Shown here: piece after piece, positions 38,495-48,098 of the stretch
Numbering within the stretch: the stretch's first letter is position 1
How the letters are laid out: each line of letters begins with the position of its first letter
Assembly: GCA_963819815.1 (NCBI GenBank)
Contig: CAWFXL010000001.1
Span: forward strand, 1,376,001 to 1,440,000
Length of the DNA: 64,000 nucleotides
Origin: an uncultured bacterium
Lineage (GTDB): Bacteria; Babelota; Babeliae; Babelales; Babelaceae
Direction of reading: 5' to 3'
The notes under the pieces: model-generated
Seen by the model: the letters and a program-made list of their open reading frames with translations, nothing else
Database searches by the model: none
Told to the model about the DNA's origin: nothing
Made by a program: the position numbers and the translations under genes

Positions 38495-39031
38495 CTAGCG
38501 CGCCAAGAGATATTTTTTTATGAGGGTATATTCTGCACCCGTTTGCTCAGTGCGTGAAGAGAACAGTGAAAATGAGGTAACTTCCCATGAAAGTAGTGCT
38601 ATTTCAATACTTTCAATGAGCCCTTTGAGCGCAGCTTTATTAGGTACTTTCTTAAGGCGAGCGATAGTGCAATGTCCGGTAAATGATCGGGTTTCTTGAT
38701 AGTCAGGTAGCTCCTTGCAAAGGGTAGCATACAGATCTGATAGCCCATTGTTTGACAGAGTTACCCAGATAAGGTGGGGCGAAGACCAGCGAGGAACTTG
38801 GATCTGCTCGAGCTCGGTGAAAAATGGTGGATAGCGTATCGTGGAAAGTAGATTGATGAGTGCTCTAAGTTCCTGCTCGGTGAGGTTACCCAAAAAGAGA
38901 AGAGTACAATGAAGATTATCAGGCTTTACCCAAGAGGCGGTACAGACCTGAGCCTCTGAAATGATATGTTGGATACGTAGCAGCTCTATGCTTACTTGGG
39001 AAGGAAGCTCTATTCCGATGAAGTACCGCAT
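38495..39031 (-). CDS. thpR: RNA 2',3'-cyclic phosphodiesterase (2H family, LigT/ThpR)
   Basis: MRYFIGI, two HxT motifs (LHCTLLFLG, GHCTIAR), C-terminal S...G.EY. Confidence 0.9.
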   Translation of the reverse strand: MRYFIGIELPSQVSIELLRIQHIISEAQVCTASWVKPDNLHCTLLFLGNLTEQELRALINLLSTIRYPPFFTELEQIQVPRWSSPHLIWVTLSNNGLSDLYATLCKELPDYQETRSFTGHCTIARLKKVPNKAALKGLIESIEIALLSWEVTSFSLFSSRTEQTGAEYTLIKKYLLAR

Positions 39032-39035
39032 TGGT

Positions 39036-40496
39036 TTATCCGCCTTTTATAACAGCGATCGGTTTTACTCGAGCCACACGTCTTGCAAGCCCTGCATGCT
39101 CAACGACTTGGACGACATTGTCGACATCTTTATAAGCTATAGGAGCCTCTTCGGCAAGACCTGGATCTGACTCGCAGCGAATAATAATACCCTGCAGCTC
39201 AAGCTCTTGGCGTAGGGTGCTGCCACGAACAGACCTCTTGGCTTTTATGCGAGACATGCGGCGTCCAGCTCCATGACAGCATGAGCCGAATGCCTTTTCC
39301 AAACCTGTTTCAGTGCCTACAAGTACATAGGATGAGGTTCCCATAGTTCCTGGAATAAGTACCGGATGTCCTGTTTGAGCATATGCTGAGGGCAGCTCCT
39401 TCCTACCTTTTGGAAAGGCACGTGTAGCACCTTTTCGGTGTACAATAAGTTCTTTGTGCTTTCCATGTACAAGATGTGTTTCTTTTTTGCCCATATTATG
39501 GGAAAGATCATAGATCGTTCTCAGTTGGACCGTTTGGCCGATTATTTTTTCAAAACATTCGCGTACCCAATGTCCAATGAGATGTCGGTTTGCCCAAGCA
39601 AAGTTTGCAGAAGCACACATCGATGCATAATAGGCTTGCCCTTCTTGAGAAGTGAAAGGAGCACAGGCAAGCTCTTTATCTGGAAGTACAATACCCCATG
39701 AATCAAGCTTGGGTAACATGGCGCGTACATAATCGGTGCAATTCTGATGACCAAGACCACGAGATCCGCAGTGGATCATGACGGTTACCATGCCTTGAGT
39801 AAGGCCAAAAACCTGTGCTATCTTTTCATCGTAGATTTCTACAATTTCTTGGACTTCAAGAAAGTGATTTCCTGAGCCGAGTGTACCTAGCTGATCATGA
39901 CCTCTATGTTTCGCTTTTTCAGATACATAGTCAGGATCTGCTTCTGACATACTGCCGCCCTCTTCACAATGTTCAATATCTGCAGGAGTTCCGTACCCCA
40001 TCTTGAGCATATGGGGAGCGCCTTTTCGCAAGATAGTATCGAGCTCTTTTAGAGAAAGTTTTAACTTGCCACCGCGCCCAACCCCAGATGGTATTGCATG
40101 ATATAAAGCTGTAGCAAGCTCTTCAAGGTAGGGTTTAAGCTCTTGAGCAAACATATTAACGCCTATGAGGCGAACGCCGCAATTAATATCATAGCCGATG
40201 CCGCCTGGAGAAATGATCCCTTGGTTAGCTATGTCAAAAGCAGCAACTCCACCTATAGGAAATCCATAGCCTTGATGTATGTCGGGCATAGCAAGAGCAT
40301 AGTTAACAATACCTGGCAAGGTAGCAACGTTTACAATTTGTTGTAACGATGTGTCATGAAGTACCTCATCAAGCATGGCATCATTAATAAATATATGGGC
40401 CGGCACACGCATATCAGAACGATAGAACTTTGGAATTTCATAGAGAGAGTTGGTTACTTTGATGAGTTGCTCTTTACTAAATGTTGATTCTTCCAT
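39036..40496 (-). CDS. rtcB: RNA-splicing ligase RtcB
   Basis: MPDIHQGYGFPIG, GYDINCG, GTLGSGNHF, HCGSRG, HRKGAT, PGTMG, HGAGR and EEAPIAYK motifs. Confidence 0.97.
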   Translation of the reverse strand: MEESTFSKEQLIKVTNSLYEIPKFYRSDMRVPAHIFINDAMLDEVLHDTSLQQIVNVATLPGIVNYALAMPDIHQGYGFPIGGVAAFDIANQGIISPGGIGYDINCGVRLIGVNMFAQELKPYLEELATALYHAIPSGVGRGGKLKLSLKELDTILRKGAPHMLKMGYGTPADIEHCEEGGSMSEADPDYVSEKAKHRGHDQLGTLGSGNHFLEVQEIVEIYDEKIAQVFGLTQGMVTVMIHCGSRGLGHQNCTDYVRAMLPKLDSWGIVLPDKELACAPFTSQEGQAYYASMCASANFAWANRHLIGHWVRECFEKIIGQTVQLRTIYDLSHNMGKKETHLVHGKHKELIVHRKGATRAFPKGRKELPSAYAQTGHPVLIPGTMGTSSYVLVGTETGLEKAFGSCCHGAGRRMSRIKAKRSVRGSTLRQELELQGIIIRCESDPGLAEEAPIAYKDVDNVVQVVEHAGLARRVARVKPIAVIKGG

Positions 40497-40510
40497 CAAG
40501 GGTTCCTTTT

Positions 40511-40954
40511 TTAAATATCGAAAACAATAGTTGCCCGCCAGATGCCATCAAGGTGCTCAAAGGTGAGGTCATGATAGGTTACTGCTTTGATCTCGACAAC
40601 TTCAAAGCCCGTAATGGCAACTCCGAAAAGTACTGCTTCAAGCTCAGTATCTGAGAAGTCTGAAAACCGAGCATCTAGATAGGCTTCATTATGAATATCC
40701 GATAAATAGAGAGCCTCTGATAAGAAGTCGACCAAAAGTGTTTCTCTATCGGGAGAATGAACAACGACTTTTCTTTCAGAGGTATAGGTAGTTACCTTAA
40801 GCTCATCGTGTTCATACCTAATGTGGGTACTTTGTGGCTTAATACTCGCAAACATGCCTCGCAATGCATTACGAAAGACCTCGGTAAGAGTAATGCCATA
40901 TGCATAGATCTTGAGGTCTGCTGTATGCGGAACTATTTCATACTCTTTATTCAT
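40511..40954 (-). CDS. Archease (RtcB activator)
   Basis: YEIVPHTADL, EIKAVTYH and C-terminal IVFDI. Confidence 0.93.
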   Translation of the reverse strand: MNKEYEIVPHTADLKIYAYGITLTEVFRNALRGMFASIKPQSTHIRYEHDELKVTTYTSERKVVVHSPDRETLLVDFLSEALYLSDIHNEAYLDARFSDFSDTELEAVLFGVAITGFEVVEIKAVTYHDLTFEHLDGIWRATIVFDI

Positions 40955-41329
40955 GCTACTCCTTGAAGATTTGTTGCAGCGTAGCACATTCCTAAGGATT
41001 CTATCAAGGATTGTGGGGCTTCTTTTTTTAAGCTGAAGATGACACTTTGTGGATGGAGTCTAGCTTTGGAGATCTTGTGAAAAAGCTTGATTCCAATTGG
41101 TTAAAAATCGAATAAAGTTCTTCAGATGGTTGGATATTGTTTTTTATGCTGAATGTATCAACTGGAGGAAAGAAGTTTCATACTGTGGTATTATGCACGT
41201 ATAGTGCTAGTGAGGCGAAAACATAGGTATAGAGATTGGGCAATGTTTTCGATCTGAAAATATTGTTGACTTTTTTATTTAAAATTGTGTATGATTTAAT
41301 ATATACTCATAAAGTTGAAAGGACATCCT

Positions 41330-41683
41330 ATGAACAAGAAATTACTAGCATGTGGCCTCGTAAGTCTGGGCTTTAGCCTCAGTTTACTGGCTATGAATGT
41401 ACCAAGCCAGGGTACAGGAGTTGCAGCACAATCTACTATGCCCTCACCCCTGAAAATTGATTCAATCAAAAGTGCCCTAATGCAGTTATACCAGGAGCTG
41501 TCAATTGCACGTGCTGATGTAGAGCGGTTAAAATCGGCAAATCCCGAAAGTCTTTCTGAAGCAGATAAAGCCCAACTTGCATTAGTAGAGCAGCGTGTTG
41601 CTCAACTTCAAAAAGAAATACTTGGCCGCAAAGCGGTAATGAGTGCCATGATTAACTTGCTGAAAAAAGCTCCTAATTCTTAA
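41330..41683 (+). CDS. Hypothetical secreted helical protein
   Basis: AAAGGA RBS, signal peptide, coiled-coil-like body. Confidence 0.6.
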   Translation: MNKKLLACGLVSLGFSLSLLAMNVPSQGTGVAAQSTMPSPLKIDSIKSALMQLYQELSIARADVERLKSANPESLSEADKAQLALVEQRVAQLQKEILGRKAVMSAMINLLKKAPNS

Positions 41684-41801
41684 GCAGAGCTTAGCAGCAG
41701 CCTGATGATGATCCAAGCGTCTTTTAAAGGAAACGGGAAGGGGCAGGATCTCACCTTATTAACGGAACATAACAATAAAAAAAGATGAAAATGGAGCATA
41801 C

Positions 41802-42146
41802 ATGAACTACAAACTATTGCTACTTTTATTGATGAGTATGATTTGTATACGTGTGAGTTGTAAGGTGGAATCTCAAGTAGCAGTGGCCGTTCGTCTTCCT
41901 AGATTAACTGAGGAGATAGCCTTAAATGCGGCAGCCTTAAGTTCAGATGGTGCAAAAATTATTACCGGATCGGATTCGGGTGTCGTTAAAGTGTGGGACA
42001 AGTCATCGGGGCGGCTTATTGAAACTCGTGAGTTTGGTAGCCCCGTTATAGCGGTCTACTTTAGTGCTGATGGCTCAAGGGTACATGTGAGATTACGTGA
42101 TGACTCGGCTCATGAATGGGATCTTGGCGAAACTGCAAATTACTAA
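41802..42146 (+). CDS. Short secreted WD40-repeat protein
   Basis: Signal peptide; LSSDGAKIITGSDSGVVKVWD and FSADGSRV...HEWD (about two blades). Confidence 0.7.
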   Translation: MNYKLLLLLLMSMICIRVSCKVESQVAVAVRLPRLTEEIALNAAALSSDGAKIITGSDSGVVKVWDKSSGRLIETREFGSPVIAVYFSADGSRVHVRLRDDSAHEWDLGETANY

Positions 42147-42392
42147 AATTAATGAAAAATGAGTGCTAGTGGTCCAGACCTAAATCTTCCACATGATCAT
42201 CTTATCTCTTTACTGCCTTTAACACATCCAAACAGCTCTAATACGGTCCTATCTATTGAAAATTCAGACGAATTCATCTATTTGTTAAAAAATCACATCT
42301 CGAATATAGACGTCTAAGTGCACTTAGCGGCACCATTCTAAGGGGGTTTGCTGTAGGTATCCCCCACATATTGTGCGTATTCAGCTCACCCA

Positions 42393-42520
42393 TTTTATCC
42401 GCCTACTAATGCGACTTCTTTTCGTAGACGGATAAATCAAATATTCGTTTTATCCGTCTGCGAATCGCATCCTTTTTCACAGACGGATAGATTAAAAAAG
42501 TATTTTATCCGTCTGTGAAA
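42393..42520. repeat. Alternating inverted motif array, 55-bp period
   Basis: TTTTATCCG(C/T)CT at 42393, 42448 and 42503; reverse copy AGACGGATA at 42426 and 42481. Confidence 0.8.
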
Positions 42521-42703
42521 AAACACTTTGTTTAAAGAAGTCCGCCCACTCTGACGAATGGGTCCACAGAAGGTCCCCACAAGATCTTTTTGCGTCTCTA
42601 CGATAAGCGGACGGAGCTAGTGAGCATCTTTTGTTAAGCGATTTGCCCTATAGGTATCTACGCGCAATACCCACATAAATCACTTGCAGTACAAATGTGG
42701 ATA

Positions 42704-42734
42704 GCGGGTGATACTTTGTTACTGTATCACCCGC
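42704..42734. terminator. Hairpin downstream of ORF 42755-43864
   Basis: GCGGGTGATAC-N9-GTATCACCCGC. Confidence 0.55.
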
Positions 42735-42754
42735 CGGGTTGAAAGGGGTGCTTG

Positions 42755-43864
42755 TTATGCTCGTCTACATGCTTCTTGATAATATCTTTCCATGATGCTT
42801 AACATGTTGCCTTTATCGGGCGAGTTCTTATAAACGCTGATGAGTGAGTAGGCTTCTTTAAGGGACTCTTCTCGACTCTGTCCAGACCTTAAGCTGCAAT
42901 GAAGCATTACTGCTAAAAAATATTTATTCGCTTTGTGAGCAAATATTTTTTCGGGAGTAACTGTCCGAATATCGATAACATCAATGGTAGTAATTTGTTT
43001 AAATACACATGCTGCATAGCGCCACATAAAGTTTGGTGGCGTTGCAGACCAAGCTTCCTGAGAGGCCTCTTCTCGATAGGGCTTCAGAAGATTAATACCA
43101 TAGCTAATCCCGAGAGTAAGAAGATGAAGATACTGAGTTTTGGTGAGGGAGACTGCTTTTACAAAATGGTTGATAGCTTTAACGTGTTTAGCATCATATG
43201 CGGTTGTCTTTGATGGATCATAGTTTCGCAAGATGCCGTCATAGGTAAAATAGAATCTATTTGCCCGCTCTCGGTATCTTTCTAGTGCAACACCTCTTGA
43301 GCCGTCAAGCCGCACTACATTCAAAATATAAAGAGCGAGCATCCTTTCGTGCGGGTGGGCTTGTGGGCATGCCATGAGAAAGAGTAATCGCATAACCCGT
43401 TCAAGGGCAAAGTCATGTGCTATGCGGAGAATAGGCGATGATTCGATTTCTTCGTCCTGGTGTGCGATGACCCCTTTTTGAGTTGCGATAGAGATATGGG
43501 CCGACTGGCAGGCCTCTATAAACTGTTTTATAAGGTGGCCATACAGTGATGGCCCCTTATTAATATTGTTTGATAAGGGCGAGGGCATGCATGGTTTGCA
43601 GGTAAGGACAGGTGTCGAAAACAATGAGTTTTGAGATGTCGATACCTCGCGAGCAAGAAGGGAGTTTCCTTTGAAGATCTCTTCAATGAGCTCTTGAATG
43701 TGCTTTCCATAGGCTTCCGTAAAAGTGCATTCATGAGCTTCAAAGGCCTTCTGGATGCAACTCAAGGAGGGTGGTTGTAAGATCGCATTGACGGTAAGAG
43801 CTACATCATTACCCGTGCATGCGAAAAAGAGACTGAGAAGGAAAAAAATAAGTATGAAAATCAT
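42755..43864 (-). CDS. Hypothetical exported protein
   Basis: Long ORF; hydrophobic N-terminus MIFILIFFLLSLFFAC (possible lipobox); GGAG RBS. Confidence 0.55.
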   Translation of the reverse strand: MIFILIFFLLSLFFACTGNDVALTVNAILQPPSLSCIQKAFEAHECTFTEAYGKHIQELIEEIFKGNSLLAREVSTSQNSLFSTPVLTCKPCMPSPLSNNINKGPSLYGHLIKQFIEACQSAHISIATQKGVIAHQDEEIESSPILRIAHDFALERVMRLLFLMACPQAHPHERMLALYILNVVRLDGSRGVALERYRERANRFYFTYDGILRNYDPSKTTAYDAKHVKAINHFVKAVSLTKTQYLHLLTLGISYGINLLKPYREEASQEAWSATPPNFMWRYAACVFKQITTIDVIDIRTVTPEKIFAHKANKYFLAVMLHCSLRSGQSREESLKEAYSLISVYKNSPDKGNMLSIMERYYQEACRRA

Positions 43865-43898
43865 GAGAGATCTCCGGGAGGATATGTTACCGAGTGTT

Positions 43899-44861
43899 CT
43901 ACTTAAAAAGATTGTCGTAATTGTAGTTTTTTTGATGTTCGTTGCTCCATCCCGCAGTGGTATTTTTAAGAAACTCAAGACGCTGTATGCGTTCAGGAAT
44001 TGATGCCAAAGAAGAACGACTAACAAAGAAAAATCTTCGTAGATACCACCTATCGATGAAATTTACGATACCTGCATAGCTCGAAAGGAGCTTAAGCTCA
44101 AAGGTGGCTTCTTTGATAAAGCGCTGAGCATTCAAAAAAGGATTTTTGTTCTCATAGGTCTCCTCAAGTGAAGATAGGAGATTTTTAAGAAGTTCGTTTT
44201 GGTTCATTTGATACAGATCGGACAGTGAGCATAGAGATTTCCATTGTGACCAGGTAGCTTTTGAGAGCGCATGAGATGCGTACCAAAGGTACAGATGGAG
44301 TCCACCATAGATGAATGCTCCACATGATAGTGCAGATTTAATTTTATGTTCACGTACCCATTTGAGTATGTTTGATAGAAAGCCCGAAACTTGAGAGGTA
44401 GCTAAAATAGAAGGTTTAGGAAGGGGGGTAACATTTTGGGGGCTCGAATCGGCAGTAGAAGTTTGTGCAGCTTGTTGGGTATTAACGTTGACGTTTATAA
44501 AAACTGGTTGACCGCTTTCCTTGGGGAGTCCTGCCATGACTTCACCGAGTACCTGGGGGATAGAAACCGAAGGTTCGGCGGTCTGAATAATAGTATGTAT
44601 TTTGGGAGAAGATTGAACAATTTCTTGAGAACCTTCTTCTTTTGGCGCTGCCTGAATGGTCTCTGTGGACTCACCAATTTTCTTGTTGAACAGAAGTTCT
44701 GCAGCTATTGCAAAGGGGAGCTGTGCAATATAAAAGGGTACCAGCGAGACTTTTCCCATCCCCCTTATAACATTTATTCCTGTTGTTGAGAGCGCATGAC
44801 TTGCAGATAGCGAAGGGCAAAAAAGAAAGATGCAGATGAAAGGCCTCAACCGTTTGTTCAT
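43899..44861 (-). CDS. Hypothetical membrane/exported protein
   Basis: Signal peptide, low-complexity linker, central TM helix. Confidence 0.6.
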   Translation of the reverse strand: MNKRLRPFICIFLFCPSLSASHALSTTGINVIRGMGKVSLVPFYIAQLPFAIAAELLFNKKIGESTETIQAAPKEEGSQEIVQSSPKIHTIIQTAEPSVSIPQVLGEVMAGLPKESGQPVFINVNVNTQQAAQTSTADSSPQNVTPLPKPSILATSQVSGFLSNILKWVREHKIKSALSCGAFIYGGLHLYLWYASHALSKATWSQWKSLCSLSDLYQMNQNELLKNLLSSLEETYENKNPFLNAQRFIKEATFELKLLSSYAGIVNFIDRWYLRRFFFVSRSSLASIPERIQRLEFLKNTTAGWSNEHQKNYNYDNLFK

Positions 44862-45161
44862 AGGAACCCCTTTATGGGTACGTGAGGCATGTGTTGTTGG
44901 GAGATAACCTTACAAAAGTTTTGAAGAAGTTTCAAGAAAAATCTTTAGTTGATTTTTAATAACCAAGAAATGCTCATAGGTGATATCGAGTTGTTCGGGT
45001 CTTTCGAGCTTTATGTTGCCTGGTTGTATTATACATAGTCTCACTTTGCCCTATTAAAAGGACGTTCTGAGAATGTTAAAAAACTGTTTACAAAAAAAAT
45101 ATCTCGTATAAAGTACTTAATAATTGACATGTAAACCAGTATGAATAAAAAAAAATAATAT

Positions 45162-45296
45162 GTTGCCCACATAGAAGTTTCAAATTGAATGTCATGTGGC
45201 AGCTCAACTAATAAGCAGCGTTAAGACTCTCATGAAAGGTGAGGCATGGGAGTCTTCGAGCAACGAGGCGGTCTCGTTGCTCGGCTGCTTAGTTAG
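45162..45296 (+). ncRNA. Candidate structured RNA (hairpin + three-way junction), family unknown
   Basis: P1 45208-45219/45284-45296, P2 45223-45234/45245-45256, P3 45257-45267/45273-45283. G-U pairs favour the + strand. Confidence 0.5.
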
Positions 45297-45386
45297 GAAC
45301 GTTAAAGAATGGAATATTTCCTCAACCTATCATTACCTCGCCCATTGGTGTAAACTATCGATAAAGATCTATCCAGGTAAAAGACT

Positions 45387-45827
45387 ATGGTAAAAGCAGT
45401 TAAAGATGTAATCCCCCTGGTCCTTGCAAGCAAGACTGATTGGCGTAATTCCTTAGCGCGTGAGTGGCACTTAATTGTGGGGACGTTAGCAACGCGGACC
45501 TGTCTTGAAAAAATATATGATGATACGGTGGTTATCGGTGTCTATGAATCACACTGGATGCAAGAACTTTATTTGCTATCGTCCGATATTAAAGACTTAA
45601 TAAATAGCATGCTTCAGGTGCCGCATATTAAGCATGTGCGCTTCAAGCTTGTTGAAGAAAGAACAAAAAATGTGCGCATACTCTACCCAAAAAAATTGAA
45701 GCGTCCTGAGAGTGCGCCACTGAGCGCAAGTCAAGTGCAGGCTTTAAGCCGTATCAAAGATGAGGCTCTGAGAAATGCTTTAAGTGATTTTTGGGCGCGC
45801 TGCACGATGTTCCAGGAGAAGGGATGA
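45387..45827 (+). CDS. DUF721/DciA family protein
   Basis: 'REWHLIVG...LEKIYDDTVVIGVYESHWMQELYL...INS...IKHVRF' pattern. Confidence 0.75.
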   Translation: MVKAVKDVIPLVLASKTDWRNSLAREWHLIVGTLATRTCLEKIYDDTVVIGVYESHWMQELYLLSSDIKDLINSMLQVPHIKHVRFKLVEERTKNVRILYPKKLKRPESAPLSASQVQALSRIKDEALRNALSDFWARCTMFQEKG

Positions 45828-46852
45828 ATAAGAAAAAAGTTCTCTGCGGAGTAGCGGGTGCTTCAGGTGGGCATATTATTCCTGGCATTATTCTCCTGCA
45901 ATCATCTGCGCAACAAGAAGATGCACAGGTACTTTTTTTTTCTACCAATTCTCGTTTTGATCGGTCAATCCTGGGGCACTATCCTACAACCTTTGTCCAT
46001 TATTCTTTGCCGGTAATTCCCGTTCCTGGAAAGAGATTCTGGCGCTATCCCTTATTTTTCTACCGAACTATACAATCATTTCTTATAAGTCTTGTGGCGC
46101 TTTGGCGTAATACACCGCAAAGAGTAATAAGTATGGGAGGTTTTATCTCCGTACCTGTATGTCTTGCTGCACGAGCACTTCGCATACCCGTGCACCTATT
46201 TGAATTAAATGCGGTCCCTGGTAAAGCAATACGTTGGTTAGCGCCCTTTGCAGATAACATTTTTGTCTGCTTCCCTGAAGCTGCAGCATTCTTTGATCCT
46301 GTTAAGATGAGGCTGGTCACATATCCTCTTCGTTTTACCGTCAAAGATGTTATCTCTTTGGCTGAAGCGCGAGCGCGGCTTGGTATTAGCGCTCATAAGA
46401 AAGTGATTCTTATACTAGGCGGTTCTCAAGGGTCTCAAGCACTAAATGCACTTGCAAAAAAGTTCTTTGAAAATACTCATGATAAGGACCTTGCAGTTAT
46501 TCATCAGACAGGCCGTGCACAGGGTGATCCACAGAAAGAGTTTGAAGATTTTTATAAGCAACGAGGGATAGAGGCGGTTGTGTTTGCGTATACGCATGAG
46601 TTGAATATAGCTTATTCTGCAGCTGATCTGGTGATTTCTCGAGCGGGCGCAGGGAGCTTATTTGAGCTAGTCTTTTTTAAGAAGAAATCGATTCTTGTCC
46701 CCTTGGAAGTATCTGCAGAGGCGCATCAACTTGAGAATGCAGAATCTATGGTAAAGCAGCATCCTGCGTTATTGTATCTTGCTCGACAAAAACAGGTAGA
46801 GAAAGATCCCCTTCTCTTAGCGAGTCTCGTGAATAAGATTCTTCACGAGTAA
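45824..46852 (+). CDS. murG: UDP-GlcNAc:lipid I GlcNAc transferase
   Basis: GASGGHIIPG, MGGFISVP, ELNAVPG, GGSQGS, ISRAGA and HQLENA motifs. Confidence 0.9.
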   Translation: MNKKKVLCGVAGASGGHIIPGIILLQSSAQQEDAQVLFFSTNSRFDRSILGHYPTTFVHYSLPVIPVPGKRFWRYPLFFYRTIQSFLISLVALWRNTPQRVISMGGFISVPVCLAARALRIPVHLFELNAVPGKAIRWLAPFADNIFVCFPEAAAFFDPVKMRLVTYPLRFTVKDVISLAEARARLGISAHKKVILILGGSQGSQALNALAKKFFENTHDKDLAVIHQTGRAQGDPQKEFEDFYKQRGIEAVVFAYTHELNIAYSAADLVISRAGAGSLFELVFFKKKSILVPLEVSAEAHQLENAESMVKQHPALLYLARQKQVEKDPLLLASLVNKILHE

Positions 46853-46881
46853 TCAAGGGATCTTATATTCGAAAGGAATCT

Positions 46882-47481
46882 ATGGCTGAAAAGACAGTGC
46901 TCCTTGCAACCCACAACGGTGCAAAACTTGCTGAAATGCAAGAGCTCTTGGGAGAAATTCCCTATAAGGTGGTTTCTCTTGCTGATGTCGGTATCGACTA
47001 TGATGTTGAAGAGACCGGTACGACCTTTGAAGAGAATGCAGTGCTGAAAGCAAAAACATATAGCCGCATGTCAGGGTTGCTTACTCTGGCTGATGATTCT
47101 GGCCTTGAAGTGAAAGCACTGAATGGTGAACCGGGAATCCATTCAAACCGCTATGCTGGTCCGCATGCAACGGATGAGGACAAGGTCCAGTTTCTTCTTA
47201 AGAAAATGGCTCACGTCCCCATAGGTCAAAGACAGGCTCAATTCACTGTATATATGGCTTTAGCGTGGCCGTCGGGTGAAACGAAAGTAATCGTTGCCCA
47301 TTATACGGGTTCGATTGCGCTGGAACCAAAAGGAAAGATGATTAAGAAGTTTCCTTATCGTGTGATTTTTATTCCCACCAACGCAGATAGGACATTAGCT
47401 GAGCTCCTTGAAGCAGGACTTCCTATAGAGACTCCTCGCACAAAAGCGGTTGAACTCATTAGGGACGTGTTGCTTAACTAA
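46882..47481 (+). CDS. rdgB: Ham1/RdgB family non-canonical NTP pyrophosphatase (paralog 1)
   Basis: ATHNGAK, EETGTTFEENAVLKA, ADDSGL and PGIHSNRY motifs; C-terminal motifs divergent. Confidence 0.85.
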   Translation: MAEKTVLLATHNGAKLAEMQELLGEIPYKVVSLADVGIDYDVEETGTTFEENAVLKAKTYSRMSGLLTLADDSGLEVKALNGEPGIHSNRYAGPHATDEDKVQFLLKKMAHVPIGQRQAQFTVYMALAWPSGETKVIVAHYTGSIALEPKGKMIKKFPYRVIFIPTNADRTLAELLEAGLPIETPRTKAVELIRDVLLN

Positions 47482-47498
47482 ACGGGAGTAAGCTTTCT

Positions 47499-48098
47499 AT
47501 GACTGAAAAGAAGTTGCTCATTGCTACCCATAACAGAACAAAATTTTCTGAAATGAAAGAGCTGTTGGGAGAAATTCCCTATACAGTAGTATCTCTTGCC
47601 GATGTCGGCATAGACTACGATGTTGAAGAGACCGGTACGACGTTTCAAGAGAACGCAGTGCTAAAAGCAAAAACATATAGCCGCTTATCAGGGTTGCTTA
47701 CTCTTGCAGATGATTCAGGCATTGAAGTGAAAGCATTGCATGGTGAACCTGGAGTGCGCACAAAAGAGTATGCGGGTCCAGATGTTACCGACGAAGAAAA
47801 GGTACATTTCCTACTTAAAAAAATGGCACATGTCCCCTCAGGTCAAAGACAGGCTAAAGATGTTACGTATATAGCTTTAGCGTGGCCCTCGGGAGAAACG
47901 TGGGGCGCTCTTGGAGAATGCTCAGGATCGATTGCGCTTGAGCCAAAAGGTAGTCCAATTCAGGGTTTTTCTTTTCGAGTACTTTTTATGCCCCAACATT
48001 CAGATAAGACCTTAGCTGAGCTTACCAAAATGGGTATTTCCACAGAATCACCTCGCGCACGAGCTGCTGTTCTTATCAAGGAATTCCTCATGAGTTAG
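47499..48098 (+). CDS. rdgB: Ham1/RdgB family non-canonical NTP pyrophosphatase (paralog 2)
   Basis: Tandem paralog: ATHNRTK, ADDSGI, PGVRTKEY. Confidence 0.8.
   Translation: MTEKKLLIATHNRTKFSEMKELLGEIPYTVVSLADVGIDYDVEETGTTFQENAVLKAKTYSRLSGLLTLADDSGIEVKALHGEPGVRTKEYAGPDVTDEEKVHFLLKKMAHVPSGQRQAKDVTYIALAWPSGETWGALGECSGSIALEPKGSPIQGFSFRVLFMPQHSDKTLAELTKMGISTESPRARAAVLIKEFLMS

Noticed and set aside
42159..42317. 52-aa ORF (MSASGPDL...) after the WD40 gene
   Set aside because: No clear RBS or motif; cannot be supported from the sequence alone.
42393..42520. CRISPR array or integron attC sites
   Set aside because: Motifs alternate in orientation, are short, lack GTTRRRY/RYYYAAC ends, and no cas or integrase gene is present.
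45196..45393. 65-aa ORF
   Set aside because: It spans the strongly base-paired element and has no RBS or protein-like features.
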